Shown: positions 27,864 to 38,317, numbered from the stretch's first letter. The stretch is DNA of 64,000 nucleotides from Gammaproteobacteria bacterium (GCA_050288105.1 JBNKDE010000014.1:10539-74538); one strand, 5' to 3'. The notes: a model not told the origin generated them from the sequence alone. Program-made: numbers and translations.

Positions 27864-30314
27864 ATGAGTAGCAACCTCGTTATAGTTGAGTCACCTGCTA
27901 AAGCCAAAACTATAGAAAAATACCTCGGTAAAGATTTTAAAGTCCTTGCCTCCTACGGCCATGTGCGCGACCTGATTCCCAAGGAGGGTGCAGTAGAAAC
28001 CGACAACAACTTCAAAATGAACTATGAAGTTGTCGAGCGCAATGAAAAACACATTAAAAATATCGCCAAAGAATTAAAAAAAGCCGACACCCTGTATCTG
28101 GCAACGGATCCGGATCGCGAAGGGGAAGCGATATCCTGGCATTTATATCAATTGCTGCAGGATCGCAAATTGATGAAAAACAAGGAAGCCTACCGTGTTG
28201 TCTTCTATGAAATTACCAAACAGGCAGTGACCGAAGCTGTAGCAAACCCACGCGAAATCACCATGGACCTGGTGAACGCGCAACAGGCCAGACGTGCGCT
28301 GGACTACCTGGTTGGTTTCAACCTGTCACCTCTACTTTGGCGAAAAATCAGGCGAGGACTGTCTGCTGGGCGCGTACAAAGTCCGGCTCTTCGATTGATC
28401 GTAGAACGAGAGCTGGAAATTGAAGCCTTTAATCCTGAAGAATACTGGACCATAGAGTCAGACAATGAATTCGAAAAACAGAGTTTTGTTGCCAGGCTTA
28501 CCCAGTATCAGGGTGAAAAAGTAAAGCAATTTAGTATTACCAATGCGCAACAGGCTGAGCAGGCACACACCCTGTTAAACAAGGCAGCGGGCGGCAAGCT
28601 GACCGTAGCAGAGGTTGAGAAGAAACAACGCAAGCGTAATCCGGCTGCGCCGTTTACCACATCGACCCTGCAACAGGAAGCTTCGCGAAAACTTGGCTTT
28701 GGTGCACAACGCACCATGCGTATAGCTCAACGGTTATATGAAGGTATAGATATTGGCTCCGGTCAAACCGGCTTAATCTCCTACATGCGTACTGACTCTG
28801 TCTCCTTATCGGCTGAAGCTGTAGAAGATATTCGCACCCTGATCGTGAAGAAATACGGGGCAGACCTTATTCCTGAATCACCGCGAATATTCAAGACCAA
28901 ATCAAAAAATGCTCAGGAAGCGCATGAAGCCATACGCCCCACCAGTGCTATGAATACTCCTGAGCAGATCAAATCCTTCCTTAGTCAGGATGAATACAAA
29001 CTATATGATTTAATCTGGAAGCGCAGCATTGCCTGCCAGATGATCCATGCCACCATGGACACAGTAGCGGTAGACCTGAACGCTGATAGTAACAATACAT
29101 TCCGAGCCAATGGTTCAACCATTAGAAATCCCGGCTTTATGCTGGTGTATACCGAAAGCCAGGATGATGCCAAAAACGATGACGCCAAGGAAAATATCCT
29201 GCCTCCATTACATAAAGGCGATGTCGTCTCGCTCAAGGAAATACGTCTCGAGCAGCACTTTACCGAACCCCCACCACGCTTCAGCGAAGCAAGCCTGGTA
29301 AAAACCCTGGAAGAATACGGTATTGGCCGTCCGTCAACCTATGCATCCATCATTACCACCCTGCTAGACAGGGACTACGTCGAACTGGAAAGTAAAAGGT
29401 TCCACCCTACCGATGTCGGTCGAGTAGTGAACAAATTTCTGACTCAGCATTTCACGCGCTATGTGGATTATGACTTTACCGCTAAGCTTGAAGACACACT
29501 GGATGAAATATCGCGCGGTGAAAGTGAATGGCTACCCCTGATGCAGGACTTTTGGGCATCCTTCAAAGATCTGGTGGACGACAAGATGGAGTCTGTCAGC
29601 CGGGATGAAGCGCTGCAATCTCGTGAGCTGGGTACAGACCCCGACTCTGGCAAACCTGTTTCCGTCCGCATGGGACGCTATGGCCCGTTTGTTCAGATCG
29701 GTACGCGTGAAGATGAAGAGAAGCCTCGGTTTGCCGGACTACGCCCAGGACAGAAAATGGATCGAATTACCATGGAAGAAGCGATGCAGCTATTCAAACT
29801 GCCTCGTGAACTGGGAGAAACCGAAGAAGGTGAACCTGTTTCTACCAACATTGGTCGCTTTGGACCCTACGTCAAGTTTGGCAGCAAATATGTATCTCTT
29901 AAAACCAAAGAAGGAGACGACCCCTATACCCTTACACTAGAAAGGGCGCTGGAGCTGGTACGCGAAAAGAAAGAGTTTGAAGCAAACCGAGAAATCAAGG
30001 CTTTTGAAGGAACCGAAATTAAAATCCTTCGTGGTCGCTACGGTCCCTATATTACAGACGGCAATAAGAATGCGCGCATACCAAAAGATATTGAAGACCC
30101 TACCTCATTAGATCTTGCAATCTGCCAGGAGTTAATCGACAAAGCGCCTCTGCCCAAGTCCAAACGTAAAAAAGCGGCTACCAAAAAGAAAGCAGCAGTC
30201 AAGAAAAAAGCAGCCAGCAAGAAAAAGGCGGCGCCAAAGAAGAAAGCCGCTAGCAAAAAGAAGGCAAGCAGTAAAAAAGCCAGCGTCAAAAAAGCAGCCA
30301 AAGCGACCGCTTAA
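27864..30314 (+). CDS. topA: DNA topoisomerase I (type IA), zinc-ribbon-less, with C-terminal Lys/Ala-rich tail
   Basis: 816 aa with a TOPRIM domain (LVIVESPAKAKTI, ATDPDREGEAI) and catalytic Tyr context (LISYMRTDS). There are three GR(Y/F)GP(F/Y) C-terminal repeats. The whole protein has only 2 Cys. The tail reads KKAATKKKAAVKKKAASKKKAAPKKKAASKKK. Confidence 0.96.
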   Translation: MSSNLVIVESPAKAKTIEKYLGKDFKVLASYGHVRDLIPKEGAVETDNNFKMNYEVVERNEKHIKNIAKELKKADTLYLATDPDREGEAISWHLYQLLQDRKLMKNKEAYRVVFYEITKQAVTEAVANPREITMDLVNAQQARRALDYLVGFNLSPLLWRKIRRGLSAGRVQSPALRLIVERELEIEAFNPEEYWTIESDNEFEKQSFVARLTQYQGEKVKQFSITNAQQAEQAHTLLNKAAGGKLTVAEVEKKQRKRNPAAPFTTSTLQQEASRKLGFGAQRTMRIAQRLYEGIDIGSGQTGLISYMRTDSVSLSAEAVEDIRTLIVKKYGADLIPESPRIFKTKSKNAQEAHEAIRPTSAMNTPEQIKSFLSQDEYKLYDLIWKRSIACQMIHATMDTVAVDLNADSNNTFRANGSTIRNPGFMLVYTESQDDAKNDDAKENILPPLHKGDVVSLKEIRLEQHFTEPPPRFSEASLVKTLEEYGIGRPSTYASIITTLLDRDYVELESKRFHPTDVGRVVNKFLTQHFTRYVDYDFTAKLEDTLDEISRGESEWLPLMQDFWASFKDLVDDKMESVSRDEALQSRELGTDPDSGKPVSVRMGRYGPFVQIGTREDEEKPRFAGLRPGQKMDRITMEEAMQLFKLPRELGETEEGEPVSTNIGRFGPYVKFGSKYVSLKTKEGDDPYTLTLERALELVREKKEFEANREIKAFEGTEIKILRGRYGPYITDGNKNARIPKDIEDPTSLDLAICQELIDKAPLPKSKRKKAATKKKAAVKKKAASKKKAAPKKKAASKKKASSKKASVKKAAKATA
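30156..30311 (+). repeat. Imperfect roughly 18-nt tandem repeat encoding the (KKKAAx)n tail of TopA
   Basis: Reiterated aagaaaaaagcagcc-like units can be read directly. They are in frame with topA. Confidence 0.6.
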
Positions 30315-30315
30315 T

Positions 30316-30873
30316 GTGTCGCCCTGGCTACTTAATAAATATGCCCTGGAGATAGCCAAAGGCGCAGTCTTTGCCTACCCCACCGACACCATCTGGGGAC
30401 TGGGTTGCCACCCTGACTATCAACCTGCTGTAGAGCGAATTTTAGCCATCAAGAAGCGTCCCTTCGATAAAGGGATGATCTTGCTATCAAGCTCTATTGA
30501 CTATTGCCTGCCGTATATCGATGCAGACTATTTTCATACCCAGTATCATCAGATATCCAACCCTGAATCCCGCCCATCTACCTGGTTGCTCCCGGCAAGT
30601 GCAGATTGCCCGGCCTGGTTGACTGGAAAAAACAGTACCATAGCGATTCGCTTAACGCGGCTTGCCCATATAGGCACCCTGTGCGACAGGATTTCCTGCC
30701 CCCTGATCAGCACCAGTGCAAATTTCAGTGGACACAGACCCGCATCAAATGCCTATATAATTCATAAATACTTTCGAGATAAACTGGATTTCATCATAAG
30801 TGGTATCAACTCTGGGTCGAAACAGGCAAGTCGCATCATTGATAAACGAACCGGGGAAATAATTCGCGCCTAA
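30316..30873 (+). CDS. tsaC: L-threonylcarbamoyladenylate synthase type 1 TsaC (YrdC/RimN)
   Basis: 185 aa with a GTG start 2 nt after the topA stop. It carries YPTDT.WGLGC, IK.RP..KG.ILL and ISTSAN motifs of the Sua5/YrdC fold. Confidence 0.85.
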   Translation: MSPWLLNKYALEIAKGAVFAYPTDTIWGLGCHPDYQPAVERILAIKKRPFDKGMILLSSSIDYCLPYIDADYFHTQYHQISNPESRPSTWLLPASADCPAWLTGKNSTIAIRLTRLAHIGTLCDRISCPLISTSANFSGHRPASNAYIIHKYFRDKLDFIISGINSGSKQASRIIDKRTGEIIRA

Positions 30874-30880
30874 TGCAGTA

Positions 30881-30903
30881 TCCTGAACTGCACTGGTTCA
30901 GGA
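30881..30903 (+). terminator. Stem-loop downstream of tsaC (possible weak terminator)
   Basis: The stem is TCCTGAAC / GTTCAGGA (8 bp) with a 7-nt loop. No T-run follows, so it is not a canonical intrinsic terminator. Confidence 0.3.
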
Positions 30904-30947
30904 CACTCAACTGACGTGTTAAACTCGCCCACTACTATTAACCATAA

Positions 30948-32289
<1,342 letters not shown>

Positions 32290-32299
32290 AGTAACAGAG

Positions 32300-32905
32300 T
32301 CAACCTGCCGCCAGTAATTTTCGCAAATCGACGGCGATTATCTGTGGATCTTCTTCGTGAGGTTCGTAAAACTGGATTACCCCACGCTGGTCGATGAGAT
32401 AGATAACAGAACTGTGATCAATCACATAGCCCATCGCAGAATCTTTCAGAGGTACTTTCTCATAGATCACATTGTACTGACGCGCTATCTTATCGATATG
32501 TTCGCGGTTATCTCCAGTCAGGCCCACATAACCAGGGTTAAACCCCTTAACAAAGATATCCAGTGCTCTTGGTGTATCCCTTTCAAAATCTACCGAGACA
32601 AATATACCCTGTACCTTTGCTGCCTGTTCAGGAGAGAGTAATTTAATCGCTTCAGTCAGGTTATACAGAGAGGTCGGACAGATATCTGGACATGACATAT
32701 AACCGAAATAAAGCGCGACAACCTTACCCTTGTAGTCACTTAGGGATACGGGGCCATTCACAGACTGCAGTGTAAAATCCCCACCTGCGCCTGGGATAAG
32801 GTCGCTACCCTGTCTGACCAGGTATTGTTGTGCGAGTAAAATACCGCCAAAAAAACAGACGGCAATGACCCAGAAATAAACCGTTTTTGAGTTTTTCGCT
32901 TGCAT
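32300..32905 (-). CDS. SCO1/SenC-family copper chaperone (thioredoxin fold)
   Basis: 201 aa with an N-terminal TM anchor, CPDICP (CxxxC), and a conserved downstream His (IDHS). Confidence 0.88.
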   Translation of the reverse strand: MQAKNSKTVYFWVIAVCFFGGILLAQQYLVRQGSDLIPGAGGDFTLQSVNGPVSLSDYKGKVVALYFGYMSCPDICPTSLYNLTEAIKLLSPEQAAKVQGIFVSVDFERDTPRALDIFVKGFNPGYVGLTGDNREHIDKIARQYNVIYEKVPLKDSAMGYVIDHSSVIYLIDQRGVIQFYEPHEEDPQIIAVDLRKLLAAG

Positions 32906-32915
32906 GATTTTGATG

Positions 32916-33392
32916 CTAGTGTTTTTTGTTTTCGTGACCTTTCATAGCGGGCTTCATCATCACCCTGTGTATGGGCACCGAAATCAGCTGATGACTGCCA
33001 TCAGAAAATCCGAGATCAACATCTACCGATTCACCAACATTCAGATCGCGCAGCAGGCCAATAAACATAATATGCAGACCGCCGGGTTCAAGTACCACGG
33101 TTTGATTCGAAGGCAGGTCAATCTTATCGATCTTGCGCATGCGCATAACGCCACTGTCATTTACATGTGTATGCAGCTCGACTACCTTAGCTGCGTCGCT
33201 ACTCGCGCTAACCAGTTCTGCATGCTCACCCTGATTAGTAATCTGCATAAAAACGGCAGAGTTTCTCTGGTCCTTAATCGCAGAACGCGCGAACGCGTTG
33301 TCTATGACCAGATTATTGGATACTTCTGCCAGGGCTGGAAAACTAAACAGCAATACTGCAAGAAAATACAAACGTTTCATCAAAGCATCCAA
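32916..33392 (-). CDS. Copper chaperone PCu(A)C (DUF461)
   Basis: It has a signal peptide and an H-x10-M-x-M ... H-x-M pattern (LHTHVNDSGVMRMRK...GGLHIMF). The track start is a TTG at 33392. The ATG at 33380 (MKRLYF) is more likely. Confidence 0.85.
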   Translation of the reverse strand: MDALMKRLYFLAVLLFSFPALAEVSNNLVIDNAFARSAIKDQRNSAVFMQITNQGEHAELVSASSDAAKVVELHTHVNDSGVMRMRKIDKIDLPSNQTVVLEPGGLHIMFIGLLRDLNVGESVDVDLGFSDGSHQLISVPIHRVMMKPAMKGHENKKH

Positions 33393-33503
33393 TTGTAAAA
33401 AGGACTGGATATTACCCTAAACAGCCCTGCAGGTGTAGGGACAATTTGTCACAGCAAAGCGCACACAAAACATTCATTCTGTATCGAGCCCAGGCGGGAA
33501 GTC

Positions 33504-36500
33504 TCAGGCTAGCGAAACCCTGACGTTTTTAGGATTCGACTTAAGCTGCTGCAACTGGCTCTCGAGTCGATCCAGCACCTGTTTTGATGTCTCTTCAGGC
33601 TTCACCTCGGTCACTGACGCCACAAGGTCAAAATGCACACGGTGACCCAGATCATTGGACTGAATATCTTGCTGAATCGCGCTTAACATAGCTAGCGCCT
33701 GGTCACCATTCGAGCCTGGCAATACCAGCATGAAACAACTTTCATCCCAACGCGCCAGGATATCGGTGCCTTTTAAATGAGAATGGATAATATGCGAAAT
33801 CGACAGAATGACATCGTCGTATAGCTGATTTTCTAACTGATCCTTAATCGTTTTGATATCTATATCCATTAAAATCAAAGAGAGCGGTTCACATTGATAG
33901 TGACTGCGTTTTAGCTCCTGCTGCATAAATTCACACAAATACGAACGCGTCAGCGCCCCGGTTAATTCGTCACGGGGTTTATCGGTATGCCCTGTTAGAT
34001 CGACGATACGACGACTCATCACTTCAGATAGATTGCGATACAGCCGCATCGAGATCCTTGGATGAAATAAACCCAGCTGGCGGATACCGCTCCATTTCAT
34101 CTCCAGCGCGCGAACCTTTTCCTGCGCAGTTACTCGAGACATACGCTCACGCTGTGATAACTCCGCAACTTCCCCAAACAGATCCCCGGCCTTCAGGTAG
34201 CCCAGGGTGTGAACAGATCCATCGGAATCGCGATGTGTCGCTTTTGCAGAGCCTTCCAGCAATACAAAAAAGGTATCGCCCTGCACACCCTGGTCAACGA
34301 TCACATCCCCTCTTTTGAACTCTCGAATAGCCCCGGAAAGAATCGCGCGCTTAATTTGAAAGCTTTTCAGCCCTTTGAATACAGGGCTATTTTTTAATAC
34401 ATCATCTTTCAGGTTGAGTGAAAGCATATCCCATACTGAAATGAGCCGAATAAAGGACAACAAAACCGGTGTCAGTACAAAGGTTGAGAACATTGCCAGC
34501 ACCATTACCAGAGCGCTCAATGCCCCAAAGTAAATCACTGGCTGAAAACTCGACAGCATCAATGTTGCGAATCCCAGCGCCAGCGCAATAGAGGTCGTGG
34601 TAATCGGGGTTGCTTCATGCAGAATGGTTTTTCTAAGCGCCAGCTCAACATCGTCGGTACCACGGGTAAAGAAATGATAGCGTGTCAGAAAATGTATCGT
34701 GTCATCCACACAGATACCCAGAGCGATTACAGCCACCATGGTAGTACCTGAATCCAGTGGGATCTGGTAATACCCCATCACCCCAAACAGGACCACGACG
34801 GAAAAAACGTTAGGGACCAGCGCGATTATGCCAGCACGAAAATCCAGAAATAGAATAGACACCAGCAGCAATATCACCACCACCATTAAAAACAGTGACT
34901 GAATCTGCCCCCAGGCCAGCGCATCAGCGGCCTTGTTACTCAATACCGAGTCTCCGGTCAGGGTGATCTGCATACGCGACTTTAAATCGTGCCGGATATA
35001 GTCCTCAATTTCCTGGAAAGCCTGCTTCAACTTTTCCGAATTACCCTGGTTATGACGAACCAGAATGCGCGTACTGCTATAATCAGGGTTCACATAAGCG
35101 CTCACCGCACCAAACTGTACGAACTGCATGTACACCTCAATCACTTCATCCTCAAACGGCAGGCGGGGCTCACTAATGCCTTCCATGGCCTTATGCGTGA
35201 GCTTGATAAAATCTGCAAAAGAAAAGCTTTTATCGAACACACCCTGCTGCGCAATAAACTGTTGGATCTTTTCAATATCCTCCAGGTATCTTACTTTTTT
35301 AAAGGTACCCTCGATCGCAGAATCCAGGATGATGGAAAAGGTCTGCATGCCTGATAAATCCTGATGAATCTGATCAGCACGTTGACGCACCTCCGAATCG
35401 TCACTGAAATAGGCCATCGTATCGTTATTGACCTCTAAAAACTGCGCTCCCCAGGCAAAATACCCGGCAATAACCATTAACAGTAATAAGGTGGTTTTCT
35501 TGATGCGCATCACCACAGAAAAAATACCGACGGCGACACTCTGAAACTTGTTCTGCCTAAGTGTTAAATGCGTGTTTTTCCCGCCAAATAAACGCAGATA
35601 GGCAGGAACAAATAGTGTCGTGACCAGGAAGTTAATCCCCAACCCACCGGATACCAGCCAGCCGAACTCCTGCAATAGTTCGAGATCGCTCACCGTAATA
35701 GAGACAAAGCCAGCAGCCGTGGTTAAAAAAGCCAGCATCACTGCCAGATGCTGATTCACCGGAAGGCGCTTAACGGCTTCATCCCGCGACAGTCCTTCGC
35801 GCAGACCGCTGTGGTACTCAGCCATCAGATGTACATCTTCGGTTGAGCCGATAATAATCAGTAAAGCGGGAATAATAGAGGTTAGTACATTAACTGGAAT
35901 TTCCATCCAGGCCATGTAGGACAGGGTCAGGACGATACTGATAATCGCTGAAGAAAGCGGCACGATAGAACAGTTTAGTCTGCCCATACTCAGCCCCAGC
36001 ACGACCAGCAGCATGGCCAGGGCAGCAGGCATAATCGACTTCATATCGATCTGTATCTGTCGCGAAATCTGGTCTCGCACATAGGGGGAGCTCATCTGAA
36101 ATGCGTTATCCAGAACAGCCTTAAGGGGTTCCAGCTCACGCTCAATAGCCCCAGTGATTTCAGCATCCCTGCCCAGACGCTTGGAAGTCTGCTCAATGAA
36201 CAGATTAATCGCCATGGTCTGATGATCCGACGAGAGCAGGTTTTTATCCACCAGGGTATTGGCTGCGGCATCCTCCAGCAGCACTTTTATGTCTTCCACT
36301 TGCTGAGGAATTTCCAGCAGGAACGGCCTGGTTTCAATAAAACCATTCACCTCCTTTACATTCGGCACGTCAAATAACGAACTGGTCGAATGCACAAAAT
36401 CCAGTCGTTTCAGGCGCTTTACTGTTGCTCTGATCGCTTCCAGTTTAGCGGGTTGAAACAGGTCCTTATCCGACAGGATCAGCATAACAACGTTATCTGA

Positions 36501-36686
36501 TCCAAATTGCCTGACTGAATCCTGGTAAAACTTCCAGCTTGGGTCGGATTTTGCCAGCAGGCTTTGTGCCGAGATATCAAATTTAAGGTTCGAGATTTGT
36601 GGCGCAACCGAAGCTGTCAGCACCACCAGCGCCAGCAATACCAGACGCGGGTATAGAAAAGAAAAATTAAGTAACCACCTAACCAT
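33504..36686 (-). CDS. Fusion protein: RND-superfamily/MMPL-type exporter (12 TM, COG1033/HpnN-like), cNMP-binding domain and degenerate GGDEF domain
   Basis: 1060 aa. Residues 1-750 have a 1+5 / 1+5 TM layout with two large periplasmic loops. Residues 762-890 form a CAP-type cNMP-binding domain (FGEVAEL...RMSRVTA). Residues 905-1045 form a GGDEF fold (DELTGALTRS) in which RWDESCF replaces RxGGDEF. Confidence 0.8.
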   Translation of the reverse strand: MVRWLLNFSFLYPRLVLLALVVLTASVAPQISNLKFDISAQSLLAKSDPSWKFYQDSVRQFGSDNVVMLILSDKDLFQPAKLEAIRATVKRLKRLDFVHSTSSLFDVPNVKEVNGFIETRPFLLEIPQQVEDIKVLLEDAAANTLVDKNLLSSDHQTMAINLFIEQTSKRLGRDAEITGAIERELEPLKAVLDNAFQMSSPYVRDQISRQIQIDMKSIMPAALAMLLVVLGLSMGRLNCSIVPLSSAIISIVLTLSYMAWMEIPVNVLTSIIPALLIIIGSTEDVHLMAEYHSGLREGLSRDEAVKRLPVNQHLAVMLAFLTTAAGFVSITVSDLELLQEFGWLVSGGLGINFLVTTLFVPAYLRLFGGKNTHLTLRQNKFQSVAVGIFSVVMRIKKTTLLLLMVIAGYFAWGAQFLEVNNDTMAYFSDDSEVRQRADQIHQDLSGMQTFSIILDSAIEGTFKKVRYLEDIEKIQQFIAQQGVFDKSFSFADFIKLTHKAMEGISEPRLPFEDEVIEVYMQFVQFGAVSAYVNPDYSSTRILVRHNQGNSEKLKQAFQEIEDYIRHDLKSRMQITLTGDSVLSNKAADALAWGQIQSLFLMVVVILLLVSILFLDFRAGIIALVPNVFSVVVLFGVMGYYQIPLDSGTTMVAVIALGICVDDTIHFLTRYHFFTRGTDDVELALRKTILHEATPITTTSIALALGFATLMLSSFQPVIYFGALSALVMVLAMFSTFVLTPVLLSFIRLISVWDMLSLNLKDDVLKNSPVFKGLKSFQIKRAILSGAIREFKRGDVIVDQGVQGDTFFVLLEGSAKATHRDSDGSVHTLGYLKAGDLFGEVAELSQRERMSRVTAQEKVRALEMKWSGIRQLGLFHPRISMRLYRNLSEVMSRRIVDLTGHTDKPRDELTGALTRSYLCEFMQQELKRSHYQCEPLSLILMDIDIKTIKDQLENQLYDDVILSISHIIHSHLKGTDILARWDESCFMLVLPGSNGDQALAMLSAIQQDIQSNDLGHRVHFDLVASVTEVKPEETSKQVLDRLESQLQQLKSNPKNVRVSLA

Positions 36687-36742
36687 GCAATATTTGGTCT
36701 CACGCCTCGCGCAACAGGAAAATAGGCAGAACTGCCCATAAA

Positions 36743-36768
36743 GGTATATTAGATTTTGTTAATATACC
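36743..36768. promoter_or_regulatory. Inverted repeat GGTATATTA-N8-TAATATACC between marR and the exporter fusion gene (candidate operator)
   Basis: 9-bp perfect arms read directly. The repeat lies 57-82 bp upstream of the fusion gene ATG and about 95 bp downstream of the marR stop. Confidence 0.35.
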
Positions 36769-36860
36769 GCTGAAGTTTTAAATAGCAACCTTTTCTTATG
36801 GATAACAGCACCAGTTAACAAACTAGCCGATGAAAAGACCGCGTCAGACGGGGACTGAGG

Positions 36861-37295
36861 TTAAAAATCGATATGCTCTGACAACAATTGCATCACCTCG
36901 CGCCAGCTCTTTTCTGCTTCAGGGCCAACCTGCTGAAAAATCTCGCCAAAGCGTTTGCGCTGTTCGCCAGTTAATTGCGCCTCCAGTTCGGTTCCACTGC
37001 GAGTTAACGACAGGCGCTTTATGCGGCGGTCACTATCATCGGTTTGATACCGAATAAATTCATGATCAAGCAACTGCTTTAATGGTCGATTCAGGTATTG
37101 CTTGCTGACCTGCAGAATCTGCAATAGCTGGGAAATACTGCATTGCGGATTACGCCCGATAAAGTACAGCAGACGGTGATGTATACGACTCATTCCCAGC
37201 TTTGCCAGTCGTTGATCCTGTTTATAGACCATAGCCCTGAAACCAAAAAACATCGCTTCAAGCGCAAGATTTAATTCCTGTTCTCTATTCATCAT
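36861..37295 (-). CDS. MarR-family transcriptional regulator
   Basis: 144 aa with a winged HTH (ISQLLQILQVSKQYLNRPLKQLLDHEFI...D.RIKRLSLT). Confidence 0.88.
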   Translation of the reverse strand: MMNREQELNLALEAMFFGFRAMVYKQDQRLAKLGMSRIHHRLLYFIGRNPQCSISQLLQILQVSKQYLNRPLKQLLDHEFIRYQTDDSDRRIKRLSLTRSGTELEAQLTGEQRKRFGEIFQQVGPEAEKSWREVMQLLSEHIDF

Positions 37296-37307
37296 CGTAA
37301 TAAATAA

Positions 37308-37369
37308 GTCAATACTATTGACATTATAAAATGAGCTTCTGCATAATAATAGGTCATTATTATTGACCT
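37308..37369. promoter_or_regulatory. Two palindromes in the marR / aminotransferase divergent promoter region: GTCAATACTATTGAC (37308-37322) and AGGTCATTATTATTGACCT (37351-37369)
   Basis: The first is a perfect 7-1-7 palindrome and the second a 6-7-6 palindrome. Both share a TTGAC/GTCAA core, typical of MarR-type autoregulatory operators. Confidence 0.4.
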
Positions 37370-37383
37370 TTAAGGACGCACCT

Positions 37384-38256
37384 ATGAATCAACAAGCTGT
37401 TTGCTGGATGAACGGTCAAATCCAGCCTGCGCATCAGGCCCATATCTCAGTCTTTGACCACGGTTTACTGTACGGGGATGGTATATTTGAAGGATTAAGG
37501 TTTTATTATGGCAAGACCTTTATGCTGCATGCTCATCTGCAAAGACTGCAACAATCGGCTGATGCCATTGCCTTAACCCTGCCGTATTCAATGCCACAAA
37601 TCGAACAGGCTATTGAGCAATTGATTGCCCAGTATCACAGCGACTCCGGCTACCTGCGACTGGTGGTTACGCGCGGCAAGGGATCATTAGGTATAGATCC
37701 ATTGAAGTGTGAGAAAGCGTCCCTGTTCATCATCGCCGATGAACTGTCCGTGGTGAATAACAAACACCTCGAACAGGGCATTAAGCTGCACGTAGCCAGT
37801 ACCAGACGGACACCCGCGCAATGCCTGGACCCGAAGATTAAAAGCCTGAATTACCTGAACAATATCCTTGCACGCATCGAAGCCAATCATGCAGGTATGG
37901 ATGAAGCCCTTATGCTCAATCTGCAGGGCTATGTCAGCGAAGGCAGCGTAGATAATATATTTATTATCACCCAGGGTGGTTTAAAAACCCCGGCCCTGAG
38001 TGATGGCCTGTTGCAAGGCATCACCCGCGAAGTGATTATCAACATCGCCAGCGAGCTGGGCATAAGCTGTACGCAAACCAGTCTTACACCCGATGACCTA
38101 ATGCAGGCAGATGAGTGTTTCCTGACAGGGACAGGCGCTGAATTGATTGCGGTAAGCCAGATTGATCAACATGTTTTTACCGCACCGGCTAAACCCTTAC
38201 TACCCGATATTTCGCGCGCATTCCGGCACAGGATCCAGCAGCTATGTGCGACCTGA
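37384..38256 (+). CDS. Class IV (fold-type IV) PLP aminotransferase (branched-chain amino acid aminotransferase / aminodeoxychorismate lyase-like)
   Basis: HGLLYGDGIFEG, K.LNYL.N, EGS.DNIF and GITR motifs. I chose the ATG at 37384. The track uses an upstream alternative start at 37363. Confidence 0.85.
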   Translation: MNQQAVCWMNGQIQPAHQAHISVFDHGLLYGDGIFEGLRFYYGKTFMLHAHLQRLQQSADAIALTLPYSMPQIEQAIEQLIAQYHSDSGYLRLVVTRGKGSLGIDPLKCEKASLFIIADELSVVNNKHLEQGIKLHVASTRRTPAQCLDPKIKSLNYLNNILARIEANHAGMDEALMLNLQGYVSEGSVDNIFIITQGGLKTPALSDGLLQGITREVIINIASELGISCTQTSLTPDDLMQADECFLTGTGAELIAVSQIDQHVFTAPAKPLLPDISRAFRHRIQQLCAT

Positions 38257-38317
38257 GCCAGGCAGCCGCTATTCATGTAGAGGGTTGCAAGCTGCGATAT
38301 TGCGAATCGGGAATAAA

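Noticed and set aside
30047-30359. Two minus-strand ORFs (84 and 75 aa) rich in Phe/Ala/Leu that cover the end of topA.
   Set aside because: They are the reverse-complement reading of the AAG/GCN repeat that encodes the TopA Lys/Ala tail. They are a repeat artefact, not genes.
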